A DNA stretch of 36,981 bases, taken from a virus (lineage: Duplodnaviria > Caudoviricetes). The position numbers and the translations under genes are program-made. A model generated the notes under the pieces. It was given only the letters and a program-made list of their open reading frames with translations, was not told the DNA's origin and did not search any database. Where the stretch lies: positions 1-36,981 of IMG/VR virus record IMGVR_UViG_3300023055_000014, one strand, 5' to 3'. This document shows, one piece after another, positions 17,731 to 27,457 of the stretch; the first letter of the stretch is position 1; each line of letters begins with the position of its first letter.

Positions 17731-18032
17731 GGCTCTTTGCCGCGCGGGTTGTATAGCGCAACCAGGTAGGCGTTCAGTTGAGTCGACGCGTCGAGCACTC
17801 CGTGCATCCAGATCAGCTCCGGCACCGCCTTGGCAGCCTTCTCGTCCAGGCCGGCACCGGCTACCAGAATGATCGCGCAACCGTCGACGCTGAGCGCCGT
17901 GATTGCCTGGGAAGCCCCACGCAGGCCACCAAAGCGGCTCTCGATCGCCCGCACAGCCTTCAGGGTTGGGGTCAGGGTGAACTCTTCATCACCCAGCTTG
18001 ACGGTAACGGTACCGTGCAGCGTGTTGTTCAT
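17703..18032 (-). CDS. Tail assembly chaperone (gpG-like)
   Basis: Between the major tail and tape measure genes, with a slippery site near its 3' end. Confidence 0.85.
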   Translation of the reverse strand: MNNTLHGTVTVKLGDEEFTLTPTLKAVRAIESRFGGLRGASQAITALSVDGCAIILVAGAGLDEKAAKAVPELIWMHGVLDASTQLNAYLVALYNPRGKEPGNDQAGTA

Positions 18033-18072
18033 TAGGCAGGTCCTGTGAGGCCGGGGCCGAAGCCCCGGTCAC

Positions 18073-18576
18073 TTATGGGGTTACAGAGGCCGGCAGCAAC
18101 TCGAGGATTTCCGAGTTGATGCCCAGGGTGATGTTGCGGCGAACCACATTGTCAGCGGCACCGGCAGCCACGGTGTTGTTCATAACCTTTGCCCGGTAGT
18201 AGAACGTGGTCGGGCTGATGGCCGGCGAGGCATCAGGGTCGCCGTCATTCAGGGTCACCTTGATGTTGTAGTCACCCTTGCTGCGGTCTTTGTGAGCGGT
18301 CTTAACCGCGTTCTGCCCGGCGTCACCGTTATCCAGGCCCACAGTGAGGGTCATGTCGCCAGCGTCAGCCGTGCCCTTGTACTTGCGCACACGGCCATCC
18401 TCGAGCGAGGTGAAGGTCACGCTGCTGAAGGTGTCGCCGAACTCGCCGAGGTCTTCGATTTCACCGACACGGACATAGGTGTCGGCCTCGAACTCGGTTT
18501 TGGTGGTCGCCCCCGTCTTGCCGCCAATGAACAGGCGGCAGCCAGCGGCTGTATTGAGGTTGTCTTCTGCGGGCAT
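18073..18576 (-). CDS. Major tail tube protein
   Basis: VGEIEDLGEFGD and GRVRKYKGTADAG motifs; position. Confidence 0.88.
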   Translation of the reverse strand: MPAEDNLNTAAGCRLFIGGKTGATTKTEFEADTYVRVGEIEDLGEFGDTFSSVTFTSLEDGRVRKYKGTADAGDMTLTVGLDNGDAGQNAVKTAHKDRSKGDYNIKVTLNDGDPDASPAISPTTFYYRAKVMNNTVAAGAADNVVRRNITLGINSEILELLPASVTP

Positions 18577-18631
18577 GGGTGATCCTCCAAAGCCACGTTG
18601 GATAGAAGCCGCAGCGCGGCCAGTGGGTGAT

Positions 18632-19018
18632 TCAGTGGGTGGTGATCACACGGACGGTGATCGACCCCTGATAGGTGATGCCGTCAGCATCGCGCTGGGC
18701 GTCGGCTTGCTCGACCCGAACGGAGACGGCACGCCCGACTTCCAGCGGCAGGCGGCGCTCGTCCAGGGCGGCGATAACCTCGCCGTTGATGCGCTTCACC
18801 TCGGCCTGGCCAACGGCATCGGACCAGACCGACAGGTACACCAGCCGGCTTTCGCGCTTACGGCCCGAGATCGGGCTGCTGTTGACTGATATCTCCCGGT
18901 CGATCGAGACGTACGGCATTTCTGCGTTCAGCGGCGCGCCATCGTATATCGGGCAACTGACCTCGGCCTGAAGCCTGGCAAAGAAGGCCTCCTGCAGGGC
19001 CAATGATGGATCAGCCAT
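18632..19018 (-). CDS. Tail terminator/completion protein (DUF3168-like)
   Basis: MADPSLALQ, IYDGAP...PYV and LSVWS motifs; position. Confidence 0.82.
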   Translation of the reverse strand: MADPSLALQEAFFARLQAEVSCPIYDGAPLNAEMPYVSIDREISVNSSPISGRKRESRLVYLSVWSDAVGQAEVKRINGEVIAALDERRLPLEVGRAVSVRVEQADAQRDADGITYQGSITVRVITTH

Positions 19019-19511
19019 TTCCCACTCCCTGGCTTGCCTTACGCAGCGTGCGGTTCACGGCGGCCTTGATGTCAGCCATGACATACTCCCGGTTGACTTG
19101 GATAGATGGCCGCAACCACGGGTGAGCCGGCCTAGCCGGGATATCCGGGTATTTGCCGAAGAAGTGGGTGCCGTCGCTTTTGTTGGTGACACGCCGGTTG
19201 CGATCACCGGCCCGCTTACCGCCGGTATAGCCCTTGGTGCCGTACTCGATGAAGCGCAGGTAAAAAAACCGCCGGTTGTCGCGCTTACCACGAATGCCAA
19301 TCTGGGCGTCCAGGCCACTGGGCGAGACGTACACCCGCAGCGCTGCAGCGGCCGCGCCGGTGTCCTTGGGCATCAACTCACGCTGGGTTTCGAGGATGCG
19401 GTTCGCGGCCTCCAGCATCGCGGGCTGCAACTCGTTATCCATCGTCTTGTGAATGTTGCGAAGCGTCCGGCGCAGCCGGATGTCGCCGCGAATGCTCGAC
19501 CGGCGGGCCAT
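19011..19511 (-). CDS. HK97 gp10-like neck protein
   Basis: PKDTG, FIEYGT and PAHPWLRPS motifs. Confidence 0.85.
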   Translation of the reverse strand: MARRSSIRGDIRLRRTLRNIHKTMDNELQPAMLEAANRILETQRELMPKDTGAAAAALRVYVSPSGLDAQIGIRGKRDNRRFFYLRFIEYGTKGYTGGKRAGDRNRRVTNKSDGTHFFGKYPDIPARPAHPWLRPSIQVNREYVMADIKAAVNRTLRKASQGVGNG

Positions 19512-19514
19512 ACC

Positions 19515-19685
19515 CTACTCCTTGGCCGGATCAGCCTTTGCGGGCTTCGCGGCCTTGTCGGTGACCGCTTCGGCGTACCCCCGGGCAATGAGGCCTTCGC
19601 CATAGGCCTTGTCGACCTCGAACTCTTCGCCCTTCTCACGCTCACCGGATGCGCCCGTCAGCGGGCCTAGTGCTCGAATTTTCAT
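19515..19685 (-). CDS. Small hypothetical virion-region protein (56 aa; not in the ORF track)
   Basis: MKIRALGPLTGASGEREKGEEFEVDKAYGEGLIARGYAE...AKE*; fills the gap between neighbours. Confidence 0.7.
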   Translation of the reverse strand: MKIRALGPLTGASGEREKGEEFEVDKAYGEGLIARGYAEAVTDKAAKPAKADPAKE

Positions 19686-19693
19686 TCTTCATC

Positions 19694-20020
19694 TCATGGG
19701 TTTGGGACTGATGAGCAAAGAAGCCTCATCAGCGAATTATCATTGTCGGGCAGCACAGCTTCGACTTTGTAAGTCACCCCGCGTCTTGTTAACCGCCAAC
19801 CGGCAGCTATGTCGGCGCGCGGCCTGGCGATGATCTCGGCGGTGACTACAGACGCCAGCTTCTCAGCTACTGGTGCCACCCTTCCGGTGGGAGTACGAAT
19901 CTCAGCCCACATGATGGGCGGGGTCGCCGGCAGCCATGTCACCGTCGCACCGCCAGACTTGTTCCGCTCTTCATGAGGGAACGCCACCTGGCCGCGATTA
20001 CGCAGCGGGCCGGCCCTCAT
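19694..20020 (-). CDS. Head closure/head-tail adaptor protein
   Basis: MRAGPLRNR, WAEI and YKVEAVLPD motifs; ATGA overlap. Confidence 0.82.
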   Translation of the reverse strand: MRAGPLRNRGQVAFPHEERNKSGGATVTWLPATPPIMWAEIRTPTGRVAPVAEKLASVVTAEIIARPRADIAAGWRLTRRGVTYKVEAVLPDNDNSLMRLLCSSVPNP

Positions 20021-20358
20021 ACGCCCCACCCAATCCGGTGAGGTGTCAGGAGCGCCACCGAGCCTTTGGGCAGTTCGGTGGCAATGGTCCCGATCACCAC
20101 GTCCTCACGGTTGGCGTAAAGGTGGCCGAGGATCAGCAAGCAGGCAGCCTTGATCTGCTTGTTGCAGATCATCGGCGACTCGCCGGCGTCATTGGCAACG
20201 ACAGCCACATCCAGCGTCTGCTGGTCGGCGTAAAAGCGGCGGTTCAGATAGTCCATCGCCTGCCCTTCGGCCGCCTCGATCAGGAGCTCCAGGTATTCGT
20301 CATCGTCGTCGGGATCCCTCAGGTGATGCCGGGCGATGGCCATGCTGATGACCGGCAT
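20017..20358 (-). CDS. Head-tail connector (HK97 gp6-like)
   Basis: ARHHLR...IEAAE...YLNR...ACLLILGHLYANRE. Confidence 0.9.
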   Translation of the reverse strand: MPVISMAIARHHLRDPDDDDEYLELLIEAAEGQAMDYLNRRFYADQQTLDVAVVANDAGESPMICNKQIKAACLLILGHLYANREDVVIGTIATELPKGSVALLTPHRIGWGV

Positions 20359-20362
20359 ATCG

Positions 20363-20893
20363 TTACTCCTTCAGCGGCTCAAACGATGCCAGCTTACGAT
20401 CAACCAACTCTTCAGCATGCCGCCGAGGCACTGAGTAAGCCGGGCCACCACGGCGCCGGAGCTCGCCCTCATCCATGTAGGACCGCATCGGATACACCTG
20501 GAGCGCCACAGGATTGGGGTTAGCCGGCGCTTGTTCCTCGACTACAGGCTTATTGAAATCATCCCCGGCATTGGCTTCCGACGAGCCGGTCTGGGGAGTA
20601 ACAGCGGGGTCGCCCGTTACCACGGTGGAAGCAATGGGATCTGTCACCACATCCCCTGCCGCTGCATTTGAGACCACCTCTGGGCCTGACGGTCCTTCCT
20701 GCTGCACCGGAGCGTCGATGGCCGGAACTGGAACAGTTATTAGGGGACCCACCTCACCAGAACCTGGCAAGAGTCCGGCGCCAGTAGCAGTTGGCAAACC
20801 GACCCCCTCAGGCTGGACGCCGCTGGATTCCGGAGTCGAGGCAGGGTCTTTCACATCCGCAGTGGATGCCGGTGTTTCCTGTTTACGTGCCAT
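20363..20893 (-). CDS. Hypothetical protein after the capsid gene (low-complexity N-part)
   Basis: GGAG RBS before MARKQ at 20893; Pro/Ser/Thr/Ala-rich. Confidence 0.7.
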   Translation of the reverse strand: MARKQETPASTADVKDPASTPESSGVQPEGVGLPTATGAGLLPGSGEVGPLITVPVPAIDAPVQQEGPSGPEVVSNAAAGDVVTDPIASTVVTGDPAVTPQTGSSEANAGDDFNKPVVEEQAPANPNPVALQVYPMRSYMDEGELRRRGGPAYSVPRRHAEELVDRKLASFEPLKE

Positions 20894-20941
20894 GGAAGTA
20901 CTCCAGTCGGGCGTCATTCCTGACGCCCCTAGCCAAAGGAA

Positions 20942-22129
20942 TTAAGGGGTGATCAGCGGACCAGTAACGAACGCTTCATCGCGGTAGATGGCAAAGGCCA
21001 GGCGCTCTTCAGCACGGATCGTTGCCATGTTTTTCTCGAAGTCATCACTGTTCTCGGTCGAGATCAGCACTTCGATTTCCATACGGTCGAAGATCTGAGC
21101 GCCGAGCTTGAAGGCGCCGACGAGGAAGTCGTTCTGTGTCATCGCCTGGGTAGAAACCACAGGGCGATTCCAGAGTTTCGCGTTGGTGCCTTCCTGAGGC
21201 TGGCCGATGATGTAGCGGCCTTCCCCATCCTTGGTCAGCTCAATGGCCGCCCAGTCGATCGGATTGAGCACGATGCCGTCGGATGGAAACTCGGCCAGTT
21301 CGGCCTGCAGCAGCGCCAGGCGCAGACGGTCAATGCGCTGCTCGCCCACTACGGCTACGCCAGCCGGGGCGGCGTACAGCTGAGCAACGGTCATGAGGCC
21401 TTGCAGGTTCACGCCGGTGCCGTTGCCATAAAGCAGCTGAGCTTCTTCCGCCATGTTAAGGCCATAGCGTGAACGACCGTCGATATAGCTCTGGAGTGCT
21501 TTGGCATCGTCCAGCATCTGGCGGCTGGCTTTGAACAAATGGGCGATGGTCCGCACGTTCGCAGTGGCCAGGCCGAACGTCAGGTCGGAATACGGCTTGG
21601 CCGTGGTCTCCGCCACAGTACGGGCGTTGTTGGTGAAGCCGGTTTCACGCACGTACTCGATGGAGTTCGATTCGGTGGTGCCCGGTGCAACCAGATCGCG
21701 TACGGTCAGTCGGCGTTGAGGCGGGGCAATGATCCCCGGCAGGCGCTGCGTCTGCACCAGGTCACCGCCGGTTGCGGTGGTGATGGCCGCGCGCGGCACG
21801 GAGACACGGCGGGAACCACGGAAGGACGAATTCATGTCCTTCATTTCTTCGCTTTCGATCACGAGAGCGCCTACCGATTTCTGCGGCTCTTCCTGATGGC
21901 TGCGATCCCGGCTTGCATTCACGAGCTTCTGCTCGGCCTCGCCCAGGCGCGCCTGCAGCTCGCCCTGCTTGGTCAGCAGTTCATCGACCTTGGCGCGGGT
22001 TTCGGTGTTCATCTCGCCGGAGGCCTTGATCTGCCTCTCGGTCGCCTCGGCCTGGCTTTTGATCTGATCGCCAATGCCCTTGAGGCTGGCGTTGAGTTCG
22101 TTGACTTGGGCTTCAAAGTCCATGGTCAC
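20942..22129 (-). CDS. Major capsid protein, HK97 fold
   Basis: N-terminal coiled-coil delta domain; SRQMLDD and FEKNMATIRAEERL motifs (alternative start 22123). Confidence 0.95.
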   Translation of the reverse strand: MTMDFEAQVNELNASLKGIGDQIKSQAEATERQIKASGEMNTETRAKVDELLTKQGELQARLGEAEQKLVNASRDRSHQEEPQKSVGALVIESEEMKDMNSSFRGSRRVSVPRAAITTATGGDLVQTQRLPGIIAPPQRRLTVRDLVAPGTTESNSIEYVRETGFTNNARTVAETTAKPYSDLTFGLATANVRTIAHLFKASRQMLDDAKALQSYIDGRSRYGLNMAEEAQLLYGNGTGVNLQGLMTVAQLYAAPAGVAVVGEQRIDRLRLALLQAELAEFPSDGIVLNPIDWAAIELTKDGEGRYIIGQPQEGTNAKLWNRPVVSTQAMTQNDFLVGAFKLGAQIFDRMEIEVLISTENSDDFEKNMATIRAEERLAFAIYRDEAFVTGPLITP

Positions 22130-22983
22130 TTTCCTTTCAGAGAATTGAGGAGATTGGTTGCCGCGCTCAGAGAGGCGGAGAGGTCTGGCGCGACAGCGCT
22201 GGGCTTATCGGGCGGGGCAGCGTTATGCGTACCCCCGCCGGCAGCGCGAGGCATGCCGGACTTGAAATTGGCAAACAGTTCGCGACGCTCAGAACGAGGC
22301 ATTCCGGCCTTCGCCAATGCGACGTCCATGGCCTTGAGCGCATTGCTCTGCGTCGACTCTTCGGTCTCGCGCTCGGTGATCTCGGTTGACGACAGAACGC
22401 CGGTAGCCAGGCCAAGCTCCACAGCGCGCTTGCCACGGATGAAGGTCTCGTCATCCATCAGTTCGGCCATGTCGTCGACAGCTTGGCCACTGGTTTCGGC
22501 ATAGAGGTCGGCCATCGCGGCATCGAACTCCTGCATGTCATCAGCCACATCGCGCAGGTAATGACGGTTGCCCGCGAGGAACGTCCAGCAGTTGTGGATC
22601 ATCAGGAAGGCGCTGCTGGCCACCTGCCGGTCGCTTCCGGCCAGGTAGATGATCGATGCGGCGCTGGCAGCCATGCCAAGCACCTTGGTGGTGACCTTGT
22701 GGCTGTGTTCTTTCAGACGGTTGTAGATAGCGATGCCTTCGAACATGTCACCGCCAGGCGAGTTGATGTAGACGGTTACATCCCGCTCGCCGATGGCCCG
22801 CAGAGCGGCATCGATTCGTTTCAACGTGACGCCCTCGCCGTACCAGTCTTCACCAATCACCCCGTACACCGTGATGGTGTCCGAGGTGTTTTCAACGGCC
22901 GCCTGGATCGCGGGATTCCATTTGTCGAGCGCGCGCGGGCTCATCTCGCTGCGCAGGCCGCGAGACTGGATCTTGTGCTTCAT
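22126..22983 (-). CDS. ClpP-like head maturation protease
   Basis: YINSPGGD, GMAASAAS and LMIHN motifs. Confidence 0.93.
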   Translation of the reverse strand: MKHKIQSRGLRSEMSPRALDKWNPAIQAAVENTSDTITVYGVIGEDWYGEGVTLKRIDAALRAIGERDVTVYINSPGGDMFEGIAIYNRLKEHSHKVTTKVLGMAASAASIIYLAGSDRQVASSAFLMIHNCWTFLAGNRHYLRDVADDMQEFDAAMADLYAETSGQAVDDMAELMDDETFIRGKRAVELGLATGVLSSTEITERETEESTQSNALKAMDVALAKAGMPRSERRELFANFKSGMPRAAGGGTHNAAPPDKPSAVAPDLSASLSAATNLLNSLKGK

Positions 22984-22999
22984 GGATTGCTCCCGTGAT

Positions 23000-24298
23000 T
23001 TACTTTTCCGACTGCTGGAGCCAGTTCATCAGTGCGGCCCGAGCGGCCTGGCTATCGTTTTGCTTTCCCAGCTGGTCCAGTGGCACCAGGTTGGATTGCA
23101 CGGTCAGTACATCGCCCCCAGGCATGCTCGGAAGGTTCTCTTTCCGCCGGCCTTCGTTCCGGGTCATGTAGCCGTTCTGCCCCATCGTGCTGAGATAGGC
23201 TGCCCGACCGGCGCTGTCCGCACGCAGGAATGCTTCAAGTGAGTACTCGGCGTAGAACTTGATCCGGTCCACCGCCGTCATGCACCATTTGTTCACGCAT
23301 TGCTCAATCGGGGCCGTGAAGGACATGATGCAGTAGGTGAGAAACGCGATCTGCTGTTGCTCCAGGCCGGTTCCCCAGTTACTGCCTTTGTCGGTCTTCA
23401 TCACCATCCAGGGCGGCACGCCGAACCATCGGCAGATTTCCTCGATACTGTGTCCTCTGGACTCCAGCAGCTGCGCGTCGGCGGGATTGATACCGATCAT
23501 CTCCGGCTTTACGCCCTGCTCAAGCACTGGGCTCTTGCCGGCATTCAACGCCCCGGAAATCGTTTTGACGTACTCGCGAAACTCAACACGCTGGGCAGGG
23601 TTCAGCGTCTTGTCCACCGAAAACGCGACGGTAGGCATCATGCCGTTGCGGAACGTGCTGTTAGCGGCGTCGTCTGCTGACATCGCAGAGCCGAACACAT
23701 CCGCGCCGTACCGAATGGCAGAGAGGCCGACTCGGCCATCCAGTGTAAACGCCGGGATGTGCAGCATGTCCTGCCGCGCAATCTCCCGGCGCGCACCTTT
23801 TCGGGGCCTGAAGAAATACCTCAGCCGACCGTCGTCATCGAACTCCAGGTCGACCCGGGACGGTATCAGGAAGTCCAGCGCAATGACGCGACCTGCGGAA
23901 CGGTGGATCTCGCAGTAAGCGTTTCCCCACAGCAACATCGAGGCAACCACCGCCTGCCAGAAATGGAAGGCGGCCATGTCCTCGTTTGGACTGGTGTGCA
24001 CCACGTCGTACAACGGAAAGTCCCGGGCACTCTCTCGGCTACCATCGGGCATCCTCCGGTAAATGCTCAATGGCAAGCCGGCTACGGAAGTCGAGATGAT
24101 ACGGACGCATGCCCACACGGTGGACAGGCGCATGGCCTTGTCGACGCTGACTGACTTACCACTACTGGACTGGGCACCGTTGAAGGCACTCCAGAAACCG
24201 CCATCCGACAGCTTGATCGTCTTGCCCAGCCACTCACTCATGCTGGCTGAAGGCTTGGTGGCAGCAGCGCCCAATGCCTGAGATAGGGTTTTAATCAC
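23000..24298 (-). CDS. Portal protein, HK97 family
   Basis: TVWACVRII, LLWGNAY, ICRWFGVPP and MTRNEGRRKENLP motifs; GTG 24298 has a GAGGG RBS. Confidence 0.93.
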   Translation of the reverse strand: MIKTLSQALGAAATKPSASMSEWLGKTIKLSDGGFWSAFNGAQSSSGKSVSVDKAMRLSTVWACVRIISTSVAGLPLSIYRRMPDGSRESARDFPLYDVVHTSPNEDMAAFHFWQAVVASMLLWGNAYCEIHRSAGRVIALDFLIPSRVDLEFDDDGRLRYFFRPRKGARREIARQDMLHIPAFTLDGRVGLSAIRYGADVFGSAMSADDAANSTFRNGMMPTVAFSVDKTLNPAQRVEFREYVKTISGALNAGKSPVLEQGVKPEMIGINPADAQLLESRGHSIEEICRWFGVPPWMVMKTDKGSNWGTGLEQQQIAFLTYCIMSFTAPIEQCVNKWCMTAVDRIKFYAEYSLEAFLRADSAGRAAYLSTMGQNGYMTRNEGRRKENLPSMPGGDVLTVQSNLVPLDQLGKQNDSQAARAALMNWLQQSEK

Positions 24299-24452
24299 TG
24301 GCAAGCCCTCTGCGGATGAAGCCGGCGATACAGAAGAAGCTCAGCGATCCTGCAAGCAAAGCCCAGCCAGTACCAGCCAGCATCCAGACCCCGCCGCATG
24401 CCAAGCAGAAAGCGACCACTGCGCAGGCGATGAAAATATGAAATGCGTTCAT
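24291..24452 (-). CDS. Small two-TM membrane protein (53 aa; not in the ORF track)
   Basis: MNAFHIFIACAVVAFCLACGGVWMLAGTGWALLAGSLSFFCIAGFIRRGLASD*; ATGA overlap with terL. Confidence 0.7.
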   Translation of the reverse strand: MNAFHIFIACAVVAFCLACGGVWMLAGTGWALLAGSLSFFCIAGFIRRGLASD

Positions 24453-26137
24453 GCGATCAGTGGGTCCCGAATGCCTGCCATGAAGTTTTCCATGCCACCT
24501 TGGCCGCCAGGATTGAGGGCCATAAGCGTCACGGCATTGAATAGCGCCATGAGCGGGTCGATCTTCGCCGAGCCGCTCGCTTGCTTCGTGATGAGAATCG
24601 AGTTTCCTCGCGGTTCAACTTTTGCGTTACCACAACACCAGGCCATCATCGGCTGGCCACCGTGGAGCAGAGTGCCTTCAGCTAACTTGCGCTCAGCCGT
24701 CTTGATTGCCCCACCGAGTCGCCAGCCTTGCGAGATGCCGTCGATCTTGTCTCGCGGGATACCTGCGAACTCGAGCGCATCCAGGATCGCTCCGACTCCC
24801 GCTGGGTCGAGGCCTACCTTGTCCAGTAGGCCGGATAGCTCAACTTGCGAAACGAGCTGTGCCACTTCGTCGATGTCGTTGCCGATCCGCTCTACCAGCG
24901 TCAGATGGCCGTCGTTGGCAAAGTCGCGAATGCGAGGCGCCTCAGCCTTCCGCCGCTCAAGCACCGACGGATGCGCCCAGGCGTGTGTCCACATCAACCA
25001 GCGGCGAGTGTCCCGTTCGCGCCCCACAGCTGCGAAGCCGAGCAGGTCATCTAGACCGCCGCCGTCGATACCGATATCGATCACTTCGCAGCGCTCTATC
25101 AAGTCCTGCAGCGTCCGACAGTCCTCAGAGGCTTGCTGCTCCCAATAGTCGGCACCAGCCCAGCGATCCGAAAGCAGCGCCAGACCGATCTCGACATTGA
25201 GGTGCTTGGCCAGGAAGCCCCGGAACGACTCCTCACCATCCAGTTGAGCCTGTGCATACCCGCGCTCGATGAACGGCTCATCAACCGACAGCCCCAAGTT
25301 CGGGTTGGTGATGTAAGCGTTCGAGAAGTCTCGATGCGCGCCAGCGTCGAGCATCGCTTTCGGGAACTCGTACAACACCGGAAGGAACGACTTATCGACG
25401 ATCTCGCCATCCCGAACCTTGCGGGCGTACATCAGCTTCTGCCGGAATACGCCGGCGGGCGGAGCATCGGACTGGGTTGTGGCCCAAATGATGAAGCCCT
25501 CAGGGCGAGACGCGAGGCCGCCCGTGGCTTCGCGCAGCATCGCCTCGGCGTTCGCGCGCTTGCCGAAGACCCACAGCTCGTCGACGAACACGCCGATGGC
25601 TTTCTTTCCTGAAACCGTCTCGCTGTCAGCCGCCACTACTTTCAGCGTTGCGTTGGTCTGCCGGTGGGTCACCGTCCGCAGGTGGTCCTGCACCTTAAGC
25701 AAGGCATCGAGCTCCTCGTCCGCCCGCACCATGTCGCGGATCGGGATGTAGGAGTTGTCAGCGATCTCCTTGGTGGGCGCCAGGATGATGAACTCGCCCG
25801 AAGGCCGCCAGTTCAGAATCAATGCCGTGAGCATGATACCGGCGGCGATCGTGGACTTGCCGTTCTTCTTGCTGATCAGCAGCATGAACTCGCTAACCAA
25901 GCGCCTACCTTCATCGGGGTCATACGCTCCGAAGATGGCTGCCACGAACTGGTTTACCCAGTCGCGCACAGTCTCGGACATCAGCGGACTGCCGGTGGCA
26001 TCGACCATACGGAGCGCACCGAACACATCGAGGGCTTCCTCGGCCTCGGTGGGGAACAGCGGCTTGAATGGAATCAGATTCTGGCGCGCAACGATGCGCT
26101 GCTCCCAGTCGGGGCATGCAGTTGTCCATTCCATCAT
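24449..26137 (-). CDS. terL: Terminase large subunit
   Basis: Walker A SKKNGKST, Walker B VFVDELW, nuclease motifs GIDGGGLDD and KIDP. Confidence 0.95.
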   Translation of the reverse strand: MMEWTTACPDWEQRIVARQNLIPFKPLFPTEAEEALDVFGALRMVDATGSPLMSETVRDWVNQFVAAIFGAYDPDEGRRLVSEFMLLISKKNGKSTIAAGIMLTALILNWRPSGEFIILAPTKEIADNSYIPIRDMVRADEELDALLKVQDHLRTVTHRQTNATLKVVAADSETVSGKKAIGVFVDELWVFGKRANAEAMLREATGGLASRPEGFIIWATTQSDAPPAGVFRQKLMYARKVRDGEIVDKSFLPVLYEFPKAMLDAGAHRDFSNAYITNPNLGLSVDEPFIERGYAQAQLDGEESFRGFLAKHLNVEIGLALLSDRWAGADYWEQQASEDCRTLQDLIERCEVIDIGIDGGGLDDLLGFAAVGRERDTRRWLMWTHAWAHPSVLERRKAEAPRIRDFANDGHLTLVERIGNDIDEVAQLVSQVELSGLLDKVGLDPAGVGAILDALEFAGIPRDKIDGISQGWRLGGAIKTAERKLAEGTLLHGGQPMMAWCCGNAKVEPRGNSILITKQASGSAKIDPLMALFNAVTLMALNPGGQGGMENFMAGIRDPLIA

Positions 26138-26679
26138 TTCACCGACCTCAGCGGACCGCGCCGGGCGCCGAACTTACCGGTGGCTGCTTCGGCAGCCTTG
26201 TCCTTGGCCTGATCTTTCTTGCCGCTCTCCCCTTTGCGGGGGTGCACGAAGGGCATCAGGGCCTTGGCTGCATCGACGCGCAGCTTCGGCTCGGACCCCA
26301 GGTCGTTCATCACCGATAACAGAAAATCCTTCGGATCGCGGTGGAGCAGTGCCTGCATCAGGTCGAAACCGGCTGGCTCCGGCTCGGCATGCTCGTCCGT
26401 CTCAGTGGCCGGTTCGGTCGCCGACTCAGCTTGAGCCGATGGATCCGGCGCGGGCTTAACTTTAACATGCGCTTTAACGTCTGCTTTAACATCTGGCGGC
26501 ATCAGACCCAGGGCGCGCAGCTTGGCCAACTCGGCCGCCACATCCTTGTCCTTCACCAGCCGAGACCCCGCCGCAGACGCTGTCTTCTCCGAATAACCAG
26601 CCGCCACAGCCGCGTCCCGATTAGACGCACCTTCCCTCAGCGCAGCTATGAATGCACGCTTGCGGGATGTTAAAGCCAT
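26134..26679 (-). CDS. terS: Terminase small subunit
   Basis: LTSRKRAF...AAVAAGYSEKTA HTH; coupled to terL. Confidence 0.88.
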   Translation of the reverse strand: MALTSRKRAFIAALREGASNRDAAVAAGYSEKTASAAGSRLVKDKDVAAELAKLRALGLMPPDVKADVKAHVKVKPAPDPSAQAESATEPATETDEHAEPEPAGFDLMQALLHRDPKDFLLSVMNDLGSEPKLRVDAAKALMPFVHPRKGESGKKDQAKDKAAEAATGKFGARRGPLRSVK

Positions 26680-26694
26680 TTAACAAAAATCCTG

Positions 26695-26771
26695 TGGGGG
26701 AAAAAAATCTGTACGTGGGGTCGGAGGCGGTCTAGCTAGATGAGAATCCCTAGCTTTTGCCCCCCCTACCC
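26695..26771 (-). other. Probable cos/packaging region
   Basis: Non-coding gap between HNH and terS; minus strand has a G-run, ACCGCCTCCG and a T-run, as in HK97-like 3'-cos phages; cut site not determinable. Confidence 0.5.
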
Positions 26772-26798
26772 ATTTCGCAGCACGTCGCTGCCGTGCTT

Positions 26799-27176
26799 CT
26801 ATGCCTCTCGGCTGGATTTCGACGATCCGCGGAGGACCCAGCCGCCCAGGGCAGCTGCCTCCTCGGCCTGCTTGACCGAGTCGTGGCAAGGCTTGCAGAG
26901 GCTTTGCCAGTTGGTCTGATCCCAGAAAAGGATCATGTCACCGCGGTGTGCAACGATGTGGTCTACGACCTTTGCGGCAGTAGTGCGACCGTTCCGCTCA
27001 CAGAAGACGCAGAGCGGATTGTCATTGAGGTAGTGCTCTCGGGCCTTCTGCCACTTGTAGTCGTAACCACGCTGGGAGCTGTTCATTCCGCTACGCCAGC
27101 TGCCCGGCGTCATCACCTTGACCCTTGAGCCTGCGCTCTCCTTGATGCGGGAGCCGAGCGTCTTGAGCCTGGTCAT
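26799..27176 (-). CDS. HNH endonuclease (packaging cofactor, HK97 gp74-like)
   Basis: CVFC...VVDHI...NWQSLCKPCHD. Confidence 0.9.
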   Translation of the reverse strand: MTRLKTLGSRIKESAGSRVKVMTPGSWRSGMNSSQRGYDYKWQKAREHYLNDNPLCVFCERNGRTTAAKVVDHIVAHRGDMILFWDQTNWQSLCKPCHDSVKQAEEAAALGGWVLRGSSKSSREA

Positions 27177-27457
27177 CAGTCAACCCGCACGATTTTGGCG
27201 ACGTTACCCTTTGCCCGGCACACCAAGACGGCGGCCAGCAGGTAGAACGCAGTGTTGAACCAAGATGCATCAGCGAAGTTATCGTGCAGCACCATGCGGC
27301 CGATAAGACTGACGCACTGCATGCCGGTAACGGCGCAAGCAGCCCAGGCCATGAGAGACACGCTCAGCTTGTAGCGAGCATCTGGATATGGCCGATAGCG
27401 CAGCCCAATCATCACAAAGATGACGGCGCAGAGTGCGGCCTGAATAACTGCAACCAT
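27176..27457 (-). CDS. Phage holin family protein
   Basis: 93 aa, three TM segments, C-terminal AKGNVAKI. Confidence 0.75.
   Translation of the reverse strand: MVAVIQAALCAVIFVMIGLRYRPYPDARYKLSVSLMAWAACAVTGMQCVSLIGRMVLHDNFADASWFNTAFYLLAAVLVCRAKGNVAKIVRVD

Noticed and set aside
26455-26495. TTTAAC repeats in terS as a separate element
   Set aside because: Explained by the coding repeat DVKA-DVKA-HVKV; a role as packaging sites cannot be supported from sequence alone
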